NCBI GenBank assembly: GCA_041402005.1
Contig: JAWKTB010000001.1
Location: 147,740 to 211,739, forward strand
Length of the DNA stretch: 64,000 nt
From: Phycisphaerales bacterium
GTDB lineage: Bacteria > Planctomycetota > Phycisphaerae > Phycisphaerales > UBA1924
Reading direction: 5' to 3'
This document shows, piece by piece, positions 26,302 to 34,614 of this stretch. Position 1 is the first letter of the stretch. Each line of letters starts with the position of its first letter. The translations under genes and the position numbers were made by a program. Under the pieces are notes generated by a model. The model saw only the letters and a list, made by a program, of their open reading frames with translations. It made no database searches and had not been told where the DNA came from.

Positions 26302-27398
26302 CCGAGCCCGCCCCGGTCTTCATGGGCGGCGGCTCGGGCGGGCACCTCTACCCCGCCCTCGCGATCGCCGAGGCGATCCGGCGCGAGCGCCCCAACGCCC
26401 GGTGCGTCTTCCTCTGCTCCACCAAACCCATCGACGCGACGATCCTCTCGAGCGAGGGCGTGGAGTTCCACCCGATCCCGGCGGCGCCCGCGGTCATGCG
26501 CCCCACGGGCCTCGTCCGCCTGATGCGATCCTGGGGCCCGAGCGTGCGCACGGCTCGGGCCGTCTTCCAGCAGCTCAAGCGCGACGGCTTCGACCCACGC
26601 CCGGTCGCGATGGGCGGGTACGTCGCGGCGCCGTGCGTGCAGGCCGCGAGCGCCGAAAAGCGGCCCGCGCTCATGGTCAACCTCGACGCCGTCCCGGGCC
26701 TGGCGAACAAGTACATCGCGCGCAAGGCGACCCGGATCGTCACCGCCGCCCCGGTCGAGGGGCGGGACTGGACGCGGGTGCGCCCGATCGTGCGCCGGGC
26801 GGCCCTGCCCTCGCGCCCGCCGACGGAATGCCGCGCCTCGTTCACCCTCGACCCCGACCGGCGCACGCTGCTGGTCACCGGCGGGAGCCAGGGCGCCCGC
26901 TCGGTCGGCGATTTCCTCGCCGCCTTCGTGCGCACGAACCCGGGCGCCCTCGAAGGATGGCAGATCCTCCACCAGACGGGCGGCGCCGCCAACGCCGAGT
27001 ACGAGCGGGCGTACGCCGACGCGGGCGTTCGCGCCCTCGTCGTGGACTACATCGACCGGATGGGCGACGCCTGGGGCGGGGCGGACCTGGCGATCGCCCG
27101 CGCGGGCGCGGGCGCGGTCGCCGAGGCCTGGGGCGCCGGCGTTCCCTGCCTCTTCATGCCTTACCCCTACCACAAGGACCAGCACCAGAAGCGCAACGCC
27201 GCCCCCCTCGTCGAGTGTGGCGGCGCGCAGATCCTCGATGACCACATCGACGCGAAGGCCAACCTTGCGGCGCACGCGGGCGAGCTCTCGGCGCTGCTCA
27301 CCTCGCCCGACCGCCTCGCCTCGATGCGAATGGCGTTGTCGAAGCTCCCCCGCCCGGACGGCGCGGACGCCGTCGCCAGAATGATCCTGGACGCGTAA
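26298..27398 (+). CDS. murG: UDP-GlcNAc:lipid I N-acetylglucosaminyltransferase MurG
   Basis: GGGSGGHLYPALAIAEAI, LLVTGGSQGARSV, IARAGAGAVAEAWGAGVPCLFMPYP. A 4-nt overlap with ftsW. Confidence 0.9.
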   Translation: MTEPAPVFMGGGSGGHLYPALAIAEAIRRERPNARCVFLCSTKPIDATILSSEGVEFHPIPAAPAVMRPTGLVRLMRSWGPSVRTARAVFQQLKRDGFDPRPVAMGGYVAAPCVQAASAEKRPALMVNLDAVPGLANKYIARKATRIVTAAPVEGRDWTRVRPIVRRAALPSRPPTECRASFTLDPDRRTLLVTGGSQGARSVGDFLAAFVRTNPGALEGWQILHQTGGAANAEYERAYADAGVRALVVDYIDRMGDAWGGADLAIARAGAGAVAEAWGAGVPCLFMPYPYHKDQHQKRNAAPLVECGGAQILDDHIDAKANLAAHAGELSALLTSPDRLASMRMALSKLPRPDGADAVARMILDA

Positions 27399-27502
27399 AC
27401 CCAGGGCGCGTCCCGCTTACCGGACGCCAAAACCGGAAAACCCCCGAGGCGAGGGCCCCATCCGCGGGCTCGGGCCTGCCCACCGCGTGTAGAATCGGCG
27501 CG

Positions 27503-28099
27503 ATGGAGGCGAGCCTCAGAGCAACCAGCCGCACGCGCTGCGTCCTCGCGCACGAGCCGGGCATCGACCCGCCCCGCGCGCTGGTCGAGGCGCTCAAGCG
27601 TCACGGCGTGAGCACGGTCGTGTGCGACAGCCCCTTCGTGGCGCTCGCGCGTCTGTGCGAGGCGAACGGGCACGAGCCCGACGCCCCGGTCGCCCTGCTC
27701 CTGCTCGAGCCCGAGGGGATGCCCCGGGCCGAGGCGCTGCGCGAGGCCGCGGAGCGGTTCGTGCCCGGCGCCGCCTGCTGGGTCTACGAGTCGGGCACGC
27801 GTCCGCGCCTCCGGGCCGCGATCGGGCGTCGCCCCCGCCCGCCGCGTCATGAGCGCACTGGGCAGGTCTCCCCACCCGCCCCGGATCGGCGCACCCCGCC
27901 CCGACGCCAGGCGGCCCCGACGCTCCGCCTGGTGGACCTGGAGCCCCCGCCATCCCCCAACCAGGGGGAGGAGGCGAACACGGGGGCGCCCGTCGACGAA
28001 GGATCATGGAAGGGGTCCCGGGGCGCGGGCGTCTCTCGCCCGCTCCTGAGCGACGACGAGTTGCAGATGCTTCTCTCCCCGGACCCAACAGAGGATTGA
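27503..28099 (+). CDS. hypothetical protein, N-terminal receiver-like fold lacking obvious phospho-acceptor motifs
   Basis: CVLAHEPGIDPPRALVEALKRHGVSTVVCDSPFVALARL...VALLLLEP has an alternating beta/alpha pattern. The C-terminal half is Pro/Arg-rich. Confidence 0.35.
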   Translation: MEASLRATSRTRCVLAHEPGIDPPRALVEALKRHGVSTVVCDSPFVALARLCEANGHEPDAPVALLLLEPEGMPRAEALREAAERFVPGAACWVYESGTRPRLRAAIGRRPRPPRHERTGQVSPPAPDRRTPPRRQAAPTLRLVDLEPPPSPNQGEEANTGAPVDEGSWKGSRGAGVSRPLLSDDELQMLLSPDPTED

Positions 28100-28126
28100 C
28101 CGACGCCACAAGCGCACGGAGAGCGG

Positions 28127-29548
28127 ATGAGCGGCGCCTCGGTGAGAAAGCAGACGGTGGACGACGACCGGCGTGAATCCGATGCCGGCGCGCCGGGGGA
28201 CCTGCGCGTCATCCTCGTGGGGCGCACCGGGCTCGACCAGACGCTCCGGCGCGACCCCAGGGTCGAGCTGGTGCGCGCGCGGGCGGCGCTCGACGCGGTC
28301 GGCGAGCTGGGCGACCCGATCGACGAGACGTCGCCTCGGCGGACGGTGGTCGTGGTCGGCGCGGACGCCGAGCCCAAGGGCTCGGAGCTCGGCAAGTTCC
28401 TCGAGGCGCTGCGGATCGTGGAGCCGGGCGTGCGCGTCGCGCGGGTCGGGCGTGCGGGCGAGACGGGGGCGTACGACGCGGCCCTGGACGACGGCGCGGG
28501 CGCCGACGAGCTTCGTGCGATGTTCAACGGCGCGCCGACGAAGCGCGAGGCGCCCCCCGTAGAGGTCCGGCGCGAGACCCCGGAACGCCCGGCGCCCAAG
28601 GCCCCCGAACCCGAAGAATCTGACGAGATCGACGTCGAGGCGCTCTCGCGCGGGGCGATCGTCCCGCCGATCGTGGAAGGCCCGGGCGACACGGGCGTGC
28701 TCGAGCGGGTGCTGCGGGGCGAGGATCCGATCGGCGCCGGCGTGGCGCTGATCCGCGCCCGCATGGGGCGGGACGACGTCGAGTTCGTGCCGGCGGACGA
28801 GCGGACGCGCGCGGGCAACCCGGCCGCCGGGTGCGCCGAGGTGCGCCTTGGCGAGCGGCTCGCGGGGCTCCTGGTTCTGGAGGGCCCCGCGCCGACCTCC
28901 GCCGAGCTCGAGATCCTGCGTGAGCACGCCGGCTGGCTCTCGGGCTGGGTGCGCCTGGGCGAGCAGCAGCGCGCCCTGCGCGACGCGGCGTTCACCGACC
29001 ACCTGACCGGCGCTTGGAACCGGCGCTACTTCGAGCGCTACCTGTCCGCCGCCATCGACAAAGCCCGCGCCGCCCGCTTCCCCGTGACCGTCATGGTCTT
29101 CGACATCGACGGCTTCAAGCGGTACAACGACGAGTACGGGCACGCCGCGGGCGACGAGATCCTCATCGAGACCGTCCGCCTTCTCCGCTCGGTGATCCGC
29201 CCGTCGGACCGGGTCTGCCGGATCGGTGGCGACGAGTTCGCGGTGATCTTCTACGAGCCCGAGGGCCCGCGCCGCCCGGACTCGGCGCCGCCGAGTTCCA
29301 TCTACGCCATCGCCCAGCGCTTCCAGCGTCAGATCTGCGAGCACCGCTTCCCGAAGCTGTCCGATGAGGCGCAGGGGACGCTGACGATCTCGGGCGGACT
29401 GGCGACCTACCCCTGGGACGGGGCGGACGCGACCGCCCTGCTCAACCGCGCCGACCAACTCGCGCTCGCCTCCAAGGGTCAGGGCAAGAACGCGATCACG
29501 CTCGGACGCGGGGCGGCGATCGTGTGCAAGCGAAACTTCGACGCCTAA
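28127..29548 (+). CDS. diguanylate cyclase (GGDEF) with N-terminal receiver-like and sensor regions
   Basis: TDHLTGAWNRRYF, MVFDIDGFKRYND, RPSDRVCRIGGDEFAVIF (RxxD I-site five residues before GGDEF). Confidence 0.85.
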   Translation: MSGASVRKQTVDDDRRESDAGAPGDLRVILVGRTGLDQTLRRDPRVELVRARAALDAVGELGDPIDETSPRRTVVVVGADAEPKGSELGKFLEALRIVEPGVRVARVGRAGETGAYDAALDDGAGADELRAMFNGAPTKREAPPVEVRRETPERPAPKAPEPEESDEIDVEALSRGAIVPPIVEGPGDTGVLERVLRGEDPIGAGVALIRARMGRDDVEFVPADERTRAGNPAAGCAEVRLGERLAGLLVLEGPAPTSAELEILREHAGWLSGWVRLGEQQRALRDAAFTDHLTGAWNRRYFERYLSAAIDKARAARFPVTVMVFDIDGFKRYNDEYGHAAGDEILIETVRLLRSVIRPSDRVCRIGGDEFAVIFYEPEGPRRPDSAPPSSIYAIAQRFQRQICEHRFPKLSDEAQGTLTISGGLATYPWDGADATALLNRADQLALASKGQGKNAITLGRGAAIVCKRNFDA

Positions 29549-29594
29549 GCCCGGACCTCGGGCCGGAGAGACGGACCGGGGGTACGCTCTGGCC

Positions 29595-30518
29595 ATGCCC
29601 GCGCCCGCCGCGAGAGAGCGACGCCCCCGGACCACGCTCGCCTACGACCTGATCGCGATCGACCTCGACGGCACACTGCTGGGCCCCGACGCGCGCGTCT
29701 CGGAGCGCAACGTCCAGGCGGTGCACGCCGCCCGCGACGCGGGGCTGGACGTGATCGTCTGCACCGGGCGGGGCTACATCGAGTCGAGGCGGATCCTGAA
29801 CGCGATCGGGCAGACGGACGCCGTCATCGTCGCCGGCGGGTCGGTGACGGCGTGCGGGCGGACCGGGGCGACGCTGCACCGCTTCGCGATGCACCACGCG
29901 CTGGTGTCGCGGGCGGTGCGAGTGATCAACGAGAGCGGGAGCCCGGCGATGGTGCTCAAGGACGCGCCCGCCGCCGGGTACGACTACCTGATCGTCTCGG
30001 GCGAGGACGAGCACCCGCTCGACCCGATCACGAGCTGGTGGTTCGACCAGGCGGGGGCCACGGTCCGTTTCGTGCGCACGCTCGACGCCGACGAGCACCC
30101 GGAGCAGACGCTCCGCGTCGGGCTGTGCACGGACGAGCACCTCTCCGCGCCGATCGCGACGAGATTGCAAGTCGAGATGGGCGAGGCGACGCTGATGCAC
30201 AACTTCCCGGCGGTCGTCGGCCCGCACGCGGGGGGAGGCGCCCCACGCCGGGTCAACATCGTCGAGCTCTTCGACGCCCGGGCCAGCAAGTGGTCCGCCC
30301 TGTCGAGGCTGGCGGAGCAGCGCGGCATCACCCCTTCCCGCATCGCCGCCATCGGCGACGAGATCAACGACGTCTGCATGATCGAAAAGTCGGGCCTCGG
30401 CGTCGCGATGGGCAACGCCGTGCCCGCGGTCCGGGGCGTCGCCGATCGGCACACACTGCCCAACACCGAGGACGGCGTCGCGCACGCGATCGACCGCATC
30501 CTCGCGGGCGAGTGGTAG
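29595..30518 (+). CDS. Cof-type HAD-IIB family hydrolase
   Basis: LIAIDLDGTLLG (DxD), VCTGRG, GDEINDVCMIEKSGLGVAMGNA. Confidence 0.8.
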   Translation: MPAPAARERRPRTTLAYDLIAIDLDGTLLGPDARVSERNVQAVHAARDAGLDVIVCTGRGYIESRRILNAIGQTDAVIVAGGSVTACGRTGATLHRFAMHHALVSRAVRVINESGSPAMVLKDAPAAGYDYLIVSGEDEHPLDPITSWWFDQAGATVRFVRTLDADEHPEQTLRVGLCTDEHLSAPIATRLQVEMGEATLMHNFPAVVGPHAGGGAPRRVNIVELFDARASKWSALSRLAEQRGITPSRIAAIGDEINDVCMIEKSGLGVAMGNAVPAVRGVADRHTLPNTEDGVAHAIDRILAGEW

Positions 30519-30523
30519 CCCGC

Positions 30524-31390
30524 GTGCCGCCCCAGACGCTCTCCCAGATCCGAGCGATGCTCGAGGAGCGGGGCCTGGCCCCGAAGAAGTCGCTGGGTCA
30601 GAACTTCCTGATCGATCAGAACCTGATCGCCAAGCTCGTCAGCGCCTCGGGCGTCGGCGCTGGCGACCTCGTCCTCGAGGTCGGGCCGGGGACGGGGACG
30701 CTGACGCGGGCGCTGCTCGAGTTGGCGTGCGACCTCGTCGCGTGCGAGCTGGACGCGGGGCTCGCACGCCTGCTCCATGAGACGATCGAACCCGAGTTTC
30801 CAGACCGCTTCACGCTGATCGAGGGAGACTGCCTGGCCTCGAAGCGCGAGGTGAACACGGACGTCGTGCGCGCGCTTGGGGAGCGTTCTTTTCGCCTGGT
30901 CGCGAACCTGCCCTACCAGGCGGCGACACCCCTCATGCTCGCACTGCTCACGCAGCACGAACGCTGCGCCTCCCTGCACGTGACGATCCAGAAGGAGGTC
31001 GCCGACCGGTTGCTCGCCTCCCCTGGATCGAAGGCCTACGGCACGATCAGCGTCGTCGCCCAGGCGCTCGCCAGCGTCGAGCGCGTTGCGACGCTCCCAC
31101 CCGAGTGCTTCTGGCCTCGCCCCGACGTGACCAGCGCCATGATCTCGATCACGCGTCTCGAGCGCCCGCTCGTCCCGGGCGGGGTGAGCGAGTGGTCGCG
31201 GTTCGCCTCGGTCGTGCAGGAGCTGTTCGCCTCACGGCGCAAGCAGCTCGGCGCGGCGATCAAGCGGGCGGCGCCCCGCCCCATCGAACTGCCCGAGGGC
31301 GTCTCCGTGAGCGACCGCGTCGAGTCACTTTCCCCGGCGCGGATCGTCGCGCTGGCAAGGGCGATCGAGGAGGCGGGAAAAGCCCGATAG
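30524..31390 (+). CDS. rsmA: 16S rRNA (adenine1518/1519-N6)-dimethyltransferase
   Basis: KKSLGQNFLIDQN, VLEVGPGTGTLT, ANLPYQAATPL. The track ORF (29852) is over-extended; I chose GTG 30524. Confidence 0.9.
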   Translation: MPPQTLSQIRAMLEERGLAPKKSLGQNFLIDQNLIAKLVSASGVGAGDLVLEVGPGTGTLTRALLELACDLVACELDAGLARLLHETIEPEFPDRFTLIEGDCLASKREVNTDVVRALGERSFRLVANLPYQAATPLMLALLTQHERCASLHVTIQKEVADRLLASPGSKAYGTISVVAQALASVERVATLPPECFWPRPDVTSAMISITRLERPLVPGGVSEWSRFASVVQELFASRRKQLGAAIKRAAPRPIELPEGVSVSDRVESLSPARIVALARAIEEAGKAR

Positions 31391-31442
31391 GGGCGTCGGG
31401 GCGTGTCTTTGACCGTGCATCGCCTTCTGGTAGGCTGCGCTC

Positions 31443-32492
31443 GTGCCGGACGCGGAGGCGGAAACAGGTACATACGCCGGGCTCGCCGCGGCGGGGGACC
31501 CCCAGAGCCTCGGTCAGTCCCTCGGCCCCCTCCTCCGCCAGACCTGCAACGGGCGCCTGGGCGAGATCAACTGGTTCCGAGCCACCTGGCAGCACGGCGG
31601 CGCCGCTACCGGCTACTCCACATGGACATTCGACGACGGGCGACGTGTCGACGCCGTCGTCAAGCTCCCCGTCAACTTCACCGAGTGGTTCTGGACCGTC
31701 AGCCTCGGGGGCGTGGATCACGGCCACTGGGAGAGGGCGGGAGATTGCCCAACCCCCCGCGTGCTCGCCGGGGGCGAGCAACTGGCCGGCTATGACCTCG
31801 CGTGGCTGGTGTTCGAGCGATTGCAAGGTCCGACGCTCGCCGGCGGGCTCGACAAGGCGGGCGTCAAGGAGTTGCTGCACTGCGCCGCGGAGTTTCATGC
31901 CCGTGCCGAGAGCGTTCGCCCGATCGCCGAGGCGCGTCCACCCGCCCAGGAGGACTGGGGCGCCGAGCTTGAGCAGGCCAGGGAGGCCTGCCGGGGCGAC
32001 CGGATCGAGAACGCCCAGCACTGGAATGCCCTGCTGAAGCAACTGGCCCGGGCCCTGCCCTCGCTGGTCGCCCGCTGGCGGGCCCGCCCCATCGACACGT
32101 GGTGCCACGGCGACCTGCACGCACACAACGCGATGCACCGAACCTCGCCGTCGGGTGATCCCGCGTCAAACGGCGGCGCCGCAGGGCGTTGCGTGCTGAT
32201 CGACCTCGCCCTCGTCCACCCCGGATGCTGGATCGAGGACGCCCTCTACCTCGAGCGTCTCTACTGGGCCCGCCCGGAGGCCCTCCACGGGGTCAAGGTC
32301 GTGCAGACACTCGGCAAGTACAGGCGTGAGAATGGTTTGGCGGGCAACGGGGACGCGTCGGAGCTTGCGAACATACGACGAACATTGATGGCCGCCACGG
32401 CCCCGGCCTTCCTGGCGACCGAGGGGCGTCCGGCCCATCTTGCGGCGGCACTGGGGGTTCTGGAACGGCTGTTGCCCATGGTGACGCGGTAG
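31443..32492 (+). CDS. aminoglycoside-phosphotransferase-like (APH/CHK fold) kinase
   Basis: WCHGDLHAHNAM (HGDxxxxN catalytic loop) and CVLIDLALVHPGCWIEDALYLE (metal-binding D). Confidence 0.6.
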   Translation: MPDAEAETGTYAGLAAAGDPQSLGQSLGPLLRQTCNGRLGEINWFRATWQHGGAATGYSTWTFDDGRRVDAVVKLPVNFTEWFWTVSLGGVDHGHWERAGDCPTPRVLAGGEQLAGYDLAWLVFERLQGPTLAGGLDKAGVKELLHCAAEFHARAESVRPIAEARPPAQEDWGAELEQAREACRGDRIENAQHWNALLKQLARALPSLVARWRARPIDTWCHGDLHAHNAMHRTSPSGDPASNGGAAGRCVLIDLALVHPGCWIEDALYLERLYWARPEALHGVKVVQTLGKYRRENGLAGNGDASELANIRRTLMAATAPAFLATEGRPAHLAAALGVLERLLPMVTR

Positions 32493-32566
32493 AATCCGCC
32501 GCCAACCCCCGGGAGGGCCCAAAGGGGGCCCGGGGGGGAACTCTGCCCAGCCACACGAGGTGACCA

Positions 32567-32737
32567 TTGGACCAGCTCGAACAGCTCAAGCAACTCATCG
32601 AGTCCGCCCGCGAGGACTACAACAAGGCCAAGGGGGGGAACCGGGCCGCAGGCACCCGCGTCCGCAAGGTCATGCAGGACGTCAAGAACGTCGCCCAGGA
32701 GATCCGCAAGGAGATGCTCGGCACGCGGGACTCCTGA
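32567..32737 (+). CDS. Hc1 (histone H1-like) N-terminal-domain small protein, 56 aa
   Basis: Not in the ORF track (shorter than 60 aa). TTG start directly after an in-frame TGA, with GAGG 6 nt upstream. LDQLEQLKQLIESAREDYNKAKGGNRAAGTRVRKVMQDVKNVAQEIRKEMLGTRDS aligns with chlamydial Hc1 ...LLESIQQNLLKAEKGNKAAAQRVRTESIKLEKIAKVYRKE. Confidence 0.6.
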   Translation: MDQLEQLKQLIESAREDYNKAKGGNRAAGTRVRKVMQDVKNVAQEIRKEMLGTRDS

Positions 32738-32813
32738 TCAGGACCGTCTTCCCAACCAGCCCCCTCGTACGTCGCCCGCACGCTCGGAGTGGGCGCGCCC
32801 GGGATGTCTGACC

Positions 32814-33395
32814 ATGAGCGTGGCGGCGAGCCATCAAGGTGCGGCCCAACCGACCAACGGCGTGCGCGACGCCGTCGTCCAGGGTGTGCCCGCGCTCGAC
32901 CCCTCCAGCCGCTTCCTCATCGACATCGACCGCCTGGACCTGTCCTCCACCTTCCTCGATCGCGACGGGATCGCCCCCTGGATCCCGCACCGCGACGAGA
33001 TGGCGCTTCTCGACGAGATCGTCTGGAAAAGCCGTGACAACACGCACGGCGTCGCCCGCAAGCGCGTCCGCGACGACGAGTTCTGGGTCCGCGGGCATTT
33101 CCCGGGGCGGGCGATGCTCCCGGGCGTGCTCATGGTCGAGGCCGGCGCCCAGCTGGGGTGTTTCCTCTACAACGTGCGCCAGCCCCGGACCGTGCTCGCG
33201 GCCTTCCTGCGGATCGACAACGTCGTCTTCCGTCGCGCCGTCGAGCCGGGCGAGGATCTCTACCTGCTCGCGCGCGAGGTCAAGTGCTCGACCCGTCGCT
33301 TCGTCTCCGAGATCCAGGGCGTGGTCGACGGGCAGCTCGCGTTCGAGGCCTCGATCACCGGCATGAACCTCGGCCCGTCCGAGCAGCAGGGCTGA
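32814..33395 (+). CDS. FabZ/FabA-like hot-dog fold dehydratase
   Basis: FWVRGHFPGRAMLPGVLMVEAGAQLG (catalytic His plus the PGVL.VEA helix). It has a ~60-aa N-terminal extension relative to canonical FabZ. Confidence 0.65.
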   Translation: MSVAASHQGAAQPTNGVRDAVVQGVPALDPSSRFLIDIDRLDLSSTFLDRDGIAPWIPHRDEMALLDEIVWKSRDNTHGVARKRVRDDEFWVRGHFPGRAMLPGVLMVEAGAQLGCFLYNVRQPRTVLAAFLRIDNVVFRRAVEPGEDLYLLAREVKCSTRRFVSEIQGVVDGQLAFEASITGMNLGPSEQQG

Positions 33396-33412
33396 CGGGC
33401 GCCGGCGTCGGC

Positions 33413-34594
33413 GTGCACGACACCCTCGACATCATCGTCGACCTCGAGGACGCGGGCGACGTCGCCACCCATGTGGACGCGCTGCCGGCTCGCCCCGGCG
33501 TGATCGCCTTCGAAGCGCCGGCGGGCGCGACGATCCTGCTGGCCGCGACCGGGGATCTGCGGCGCTTCGCCCGCTCGCGGCTCGGCCTCGACCCCGACGC
33601 CCCGCCGACCAGGGCGAATCTGCGAGGCGTCACCGCCCGTCTCGCGGCGACGCTGGTCGGGGCCTCGTTCGAGGGGGACGTCGTCTACCTGCGCGAGGCC
33701 CGCCGGCGCCTGCCCAAGACATACCGGGCCCAGCTCGACACCAGGCGGGCCTGGTGCGTGCATCTCGATCCCGAGTCGCCGACGCCGACGTGGCGCAAGT
33801 TCGACGCCGCCTCGGCCGGCGCCGAGCGTTTGCCGCTGCGCACAGTCCTGGGCCCGATCGCGGACAAGGACGCGGCCGGTCGCTTCGGCGAGGCGCTCGA
33901 CGACGCCTTCGACCTGTGCCGTTATCCGAAGGAGCTCGAGCGGGCTCCCCACGGCCAGGCGTGCGCGTACAAGGAGATGGGGCGTTGCGGCGGGGCGTGC
34001 GACGGGTCGGAGACGATGGAGGCGTACCGCGCCCGCGCTCGCGAGGCGTGCGGGTTCGTCTCGCGCCCCGTCAAGCTCAGTGTCTCGGCGTTGGAGGCGG
34101 AGATGGCGCGGGCGGCCGAGGGCCAGGACTTCGAGCTGGCCGCCAGCCTGCGGGACCGCGTCGGGCGGGCGAAGAAGCTGGACAAGGTCGCGATGCGTTG
34201 GGCCAGGCGCCTGGACCGCCTGGCGATCCTCGCGGTCCAGCCCTCGCCTCGGCGGGGGTGGGCGCGCCTGTTCCGGTGCGACGCGACCGGCATCGCTCCG
34301 ATCGCCGACGCCAGCGGGAAGATCGACGAGGGCGGGGCAGGGGCGTTGCTCCGGTCGATCATCGCCGCGGGCGCCCCGGGCGGCGGGGAGAGGCTGACGC
34401 TGGAATATGGGGAGTCGCTCGGCTTGCTCGCCAATCACCTGTACCATCCCCGCCGCGGATCCGGGCGGCTCGTGAATCTCGACCCGCCACCAAGCGCGGG
34501 CGAACTGCGACGGCACATCCGCGCCGCCGCCAGAGTCCGCCGGGACGAGACCGGCGGGGCGGACGACACGACCGAGCGGGAGATCGGGGCGTAG
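33413..34594 (+). CDS. UvrC N-terminal-half homolog with degenerate GIY-YIG motif
   Basis: PGVIAFEAPAGATILLAATGDLRRFARSRL (GIY-YIG scaffold, both Tyr lost), CAYKEMGRCGGAC (compare UvrC CLQYQIGRCLGPC), UVR-domain helix AEGQDFELAASLRDRV. No RNase-H-like or HhH C-terminal part. The track ORF (33158) overlaps fabZ-like; I chose GTG 33413. Confidence 0.55.
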   Translation: MHDTLDIIVDLEDAGDVATHVDALPARPGVIAFEAPAGATILLAATGDLRRFARSRLGLDPDAPPTRANLRGVTARLAATLVGASFEGDVVYLREARRRLPKTYRAQLDTRRAWCVHLDPESPTPTWRKFDAASAGAERLPLRTVLGPIADKDAAGRFGEALDDAFDLCRYPKELERAPHGQACAYKEMGRCGGACDGSETMEAYRARAREACGFVSRPVKLSVSALEAEMARAAEGQDFELAASLRDRVGRAKKLDKVAMRWARRLDRLAILAVQPSPRRGWARLFRCDATGIAPIADASGKIDEGGAGALLRSIIAAGAPGGGERLTLEYGESLGLLANHLYHPRRGSGRLVNLDPPPSAGELRRHIRAAARVRRDETGGADDTTEREIGA

Positions 34595-34614
34595 ACCCCG
34601 TGGAGCAAGAGCAC

